Shown here piece by piece: positions 62,261 through 64,000 of a DNA stretch of 64,000 nt. Under the pieces are notes generated by a model. The model saw only the letters and a list, made by a program, of their open reading frames with translations, did not search any database and was not told the origin of the DNA. Numbering within the stretch: position 1 is the first letter of the stretch; each line of letters begins with the position of its first letter. Made by a program: the position numbers and the translations under genes. Source of the stretch: Eledone cirrhosa (Eukaryota); the NCBI GenBank assembly GCA_964016885.1, contig OZ024744.1, positions 93,558,001-93,622,000 of the forward strand. Reading direction: 5' to 3'.

Positions 62261-62625
62261 GGGCACATAGAAATAATTGGGCTGGATACCCGATCACACG
62301 GTTAAACCACTGGGAGTGAAGGACCCCCTAGCCTTTGTCAGGGCATTCTTCTAGGAGAAGGCAACTCAGGAAACTGGGATAACTACGACATAAAACTTGC
62401 AGGTCAAGGTTAGCAGTTACCAATGTTGTTGATCTTTTCTTCTTTTCGGGTTATAGCTACTGTCGCTCAGAGAGTGGGATTGGCTCAGTGCACAGTCTTT
62501 ACTCACTTTAAAAAAAAATCTTCATGCACAGGCATTGCATGATAGAATTAATTAATAATTAATAATAATTTTATATCATGCAATGACCATACTCGATAAC
62601 GAGGGGGCAGCCATCATATAGATGT
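62261..62625 (+). mobile_element. Short non-autonomous RTE derivative type B
   Basis: Reverse complement of 26317-26650 and 33474-33812. Confidence 0.85.
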
Positions 62626-63009
62626 ATGCAAGTGTGAAACTCTTTAAAATTTACATACACATTCACATACAATGCATTTCCTATCTGAGTCACATTGCTA
62701 CAATAACAAATTCTCTTTCCAGTCACAAGGTCCTGGGTTCTAATTCTATATTTGTTCCTGTAAATAGTAATTTCTCCAAAGTTATTCATATAATTAATCC
62801 AGTATGTTATTAGTACATACATGATAAAATAAAGTACCAGTAATACACTGGGTAATTGCTGGCCTTGTGCTTAACGTAGAAACAGTTATTAGTACATACA
62901 TGCTGAATATTTATGTAATTATATTGGAGAAATAAATAATCAAAATACTTTTATCTTTAATCACTTCCAACATTAAATATAGGGTTTCTCTTATGCAAAC
63001 CACAAATTT

Positions 63010-63332
63010 ATCTTCTTCTTCATCCACTTCTTCCTGAGAGGGTCTTAGGGGCAGAGTCCTCAAATACTTCTTCCAGCAGGTCCTGTCAGAAGCAACTATC
63101 TCTGCTCGGGGTCTACCCCTGGCTTTCTTGCCAGTTGGTTTTGCCCATAAAATCTGTCCAGAGATTCTTTCCTGAGACATTCTAACCACATACCCTTAGT
63201 ATCGGAGCTGTGATCTCTCAATTCAAAGAAGTAGTGGCTCTACCTGGAGTGACTCTCTGATCTCCGAGCTATGAACTTTATCGAGTAACGTTACTCCAAA
63301 GACCCTTCAGAGGAATCCCATTTCGGTCGCTT
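63010..63332 (-). mobile_element. Decayed RTE-like LINE 3' fragment
   Basis: VRMSQERISGQILWAKPTGKKARGRPR..DRTCWK; (GAA)-rich end. Confidence 0.7.
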
Positions 63333-63669
63333 ATCAAAACACAAATTTCCAAATTTGTACCAATGCTGTTGTATAATGGCATACCAATCCTGGACTACAA
63401 CACTTTAAGTACATTCAATGCTATTATATATGTAAAGATATATATGGACCAGGGAAAACATGGACGGAGGTGGTGAGAGCTGACCCCAGATTGCTGAAGC
63501 TCACAGAGGAGATGACAAAGGACTGTCATGAATGGAGAGATGATGATGTGCTGAAAAGGACTTGTCCTACCCTTGCAAGCAGGGAAAAGCAGACGTAAAA
63601 TGATGATGATGATGATATATGTGTATGCTGATCCAGATAAAGTACTCAATACATGTGCAGAGTGACGAC

Positions 63670-63789
63670 AGAGGTTTATATAGAAAAGGCTTTTACAGGA
63701 TTAGAACTGTTTCATTCGTATGAAATCAACCTGGTGATTCCATACAAATGAAACAGTTCTAGTCCTGTAAAAACCTTTTCTATATAAAC

Positions 63790-63793
<4 letters not shown>
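63670..63793. repeat. ~59-bp-arm inverted repeat
   Basis: agaggtttatatagaaaagg...gaaatca-acctgg-tgattcc...ccttttctatataaacctct. Confidence 0.9.
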
Positions 63794-63843
<50 letters not shown>

Positions 63844-64000
63844 TTAACAATAAGTACGTGAATCATTCCGTCATTAAGCTAACAGAAGTCTGATGAACTT
63901 TTGATTCCAGGGTTGAGCCTGATTGATAGAGATCAAATCTTGAGCTGATCAATCGCGAAATGCGCATTACACCTAAATATATTTTAAGTATGGTCATTTG

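Overview
Eukaryotic (animal) genomic DNA made almost entirely of transposons and microsatellites; there are no prokaryotic features. The repeat inventory (tRNA-derived SINE families, RTE, Dong/R4-like, CR1, Tx1 and CRE LINEs, huge simple-repeat tracts) is typical of an octopus/cephalopod genome, but that assignment is an inference. Main contents: (1) a full-length, decayed ~6 kb Helitron (193-6191) with Rep/HUH and Pif1 helicase remnants and both termini; (2) two near-identical RTE LINE copies with three C-terminal C2H2 fingers, one flanked by an 81-bp direct repeat, plus short internally deleted RTE derivatives; (3) restriction-like-endonuclease LINE fragments in (TAA)n and (CATA)n, and Tx1/L1 fragments repeatedly found at (GATA)n; (4) a nearly intact 5'-truncated CR1; (5) CRE-clade fragments, one of which has spawned a 73-bp minisatellite; (6) piggyBac-type TTAA MITEs, some nested or tandem; (7) a minimal hammerhead ribozyme; (8) a ~2.1 kb AT-rich palindrome and several minisatellites. 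No host gene can be established; a few isolated minus-strand exon-like segments are flagged. Most ORFs in the supplied track are microsatellite or antisense artefacts. Boundaries were read by eye and are approximate unless a terminal motif is quoted.
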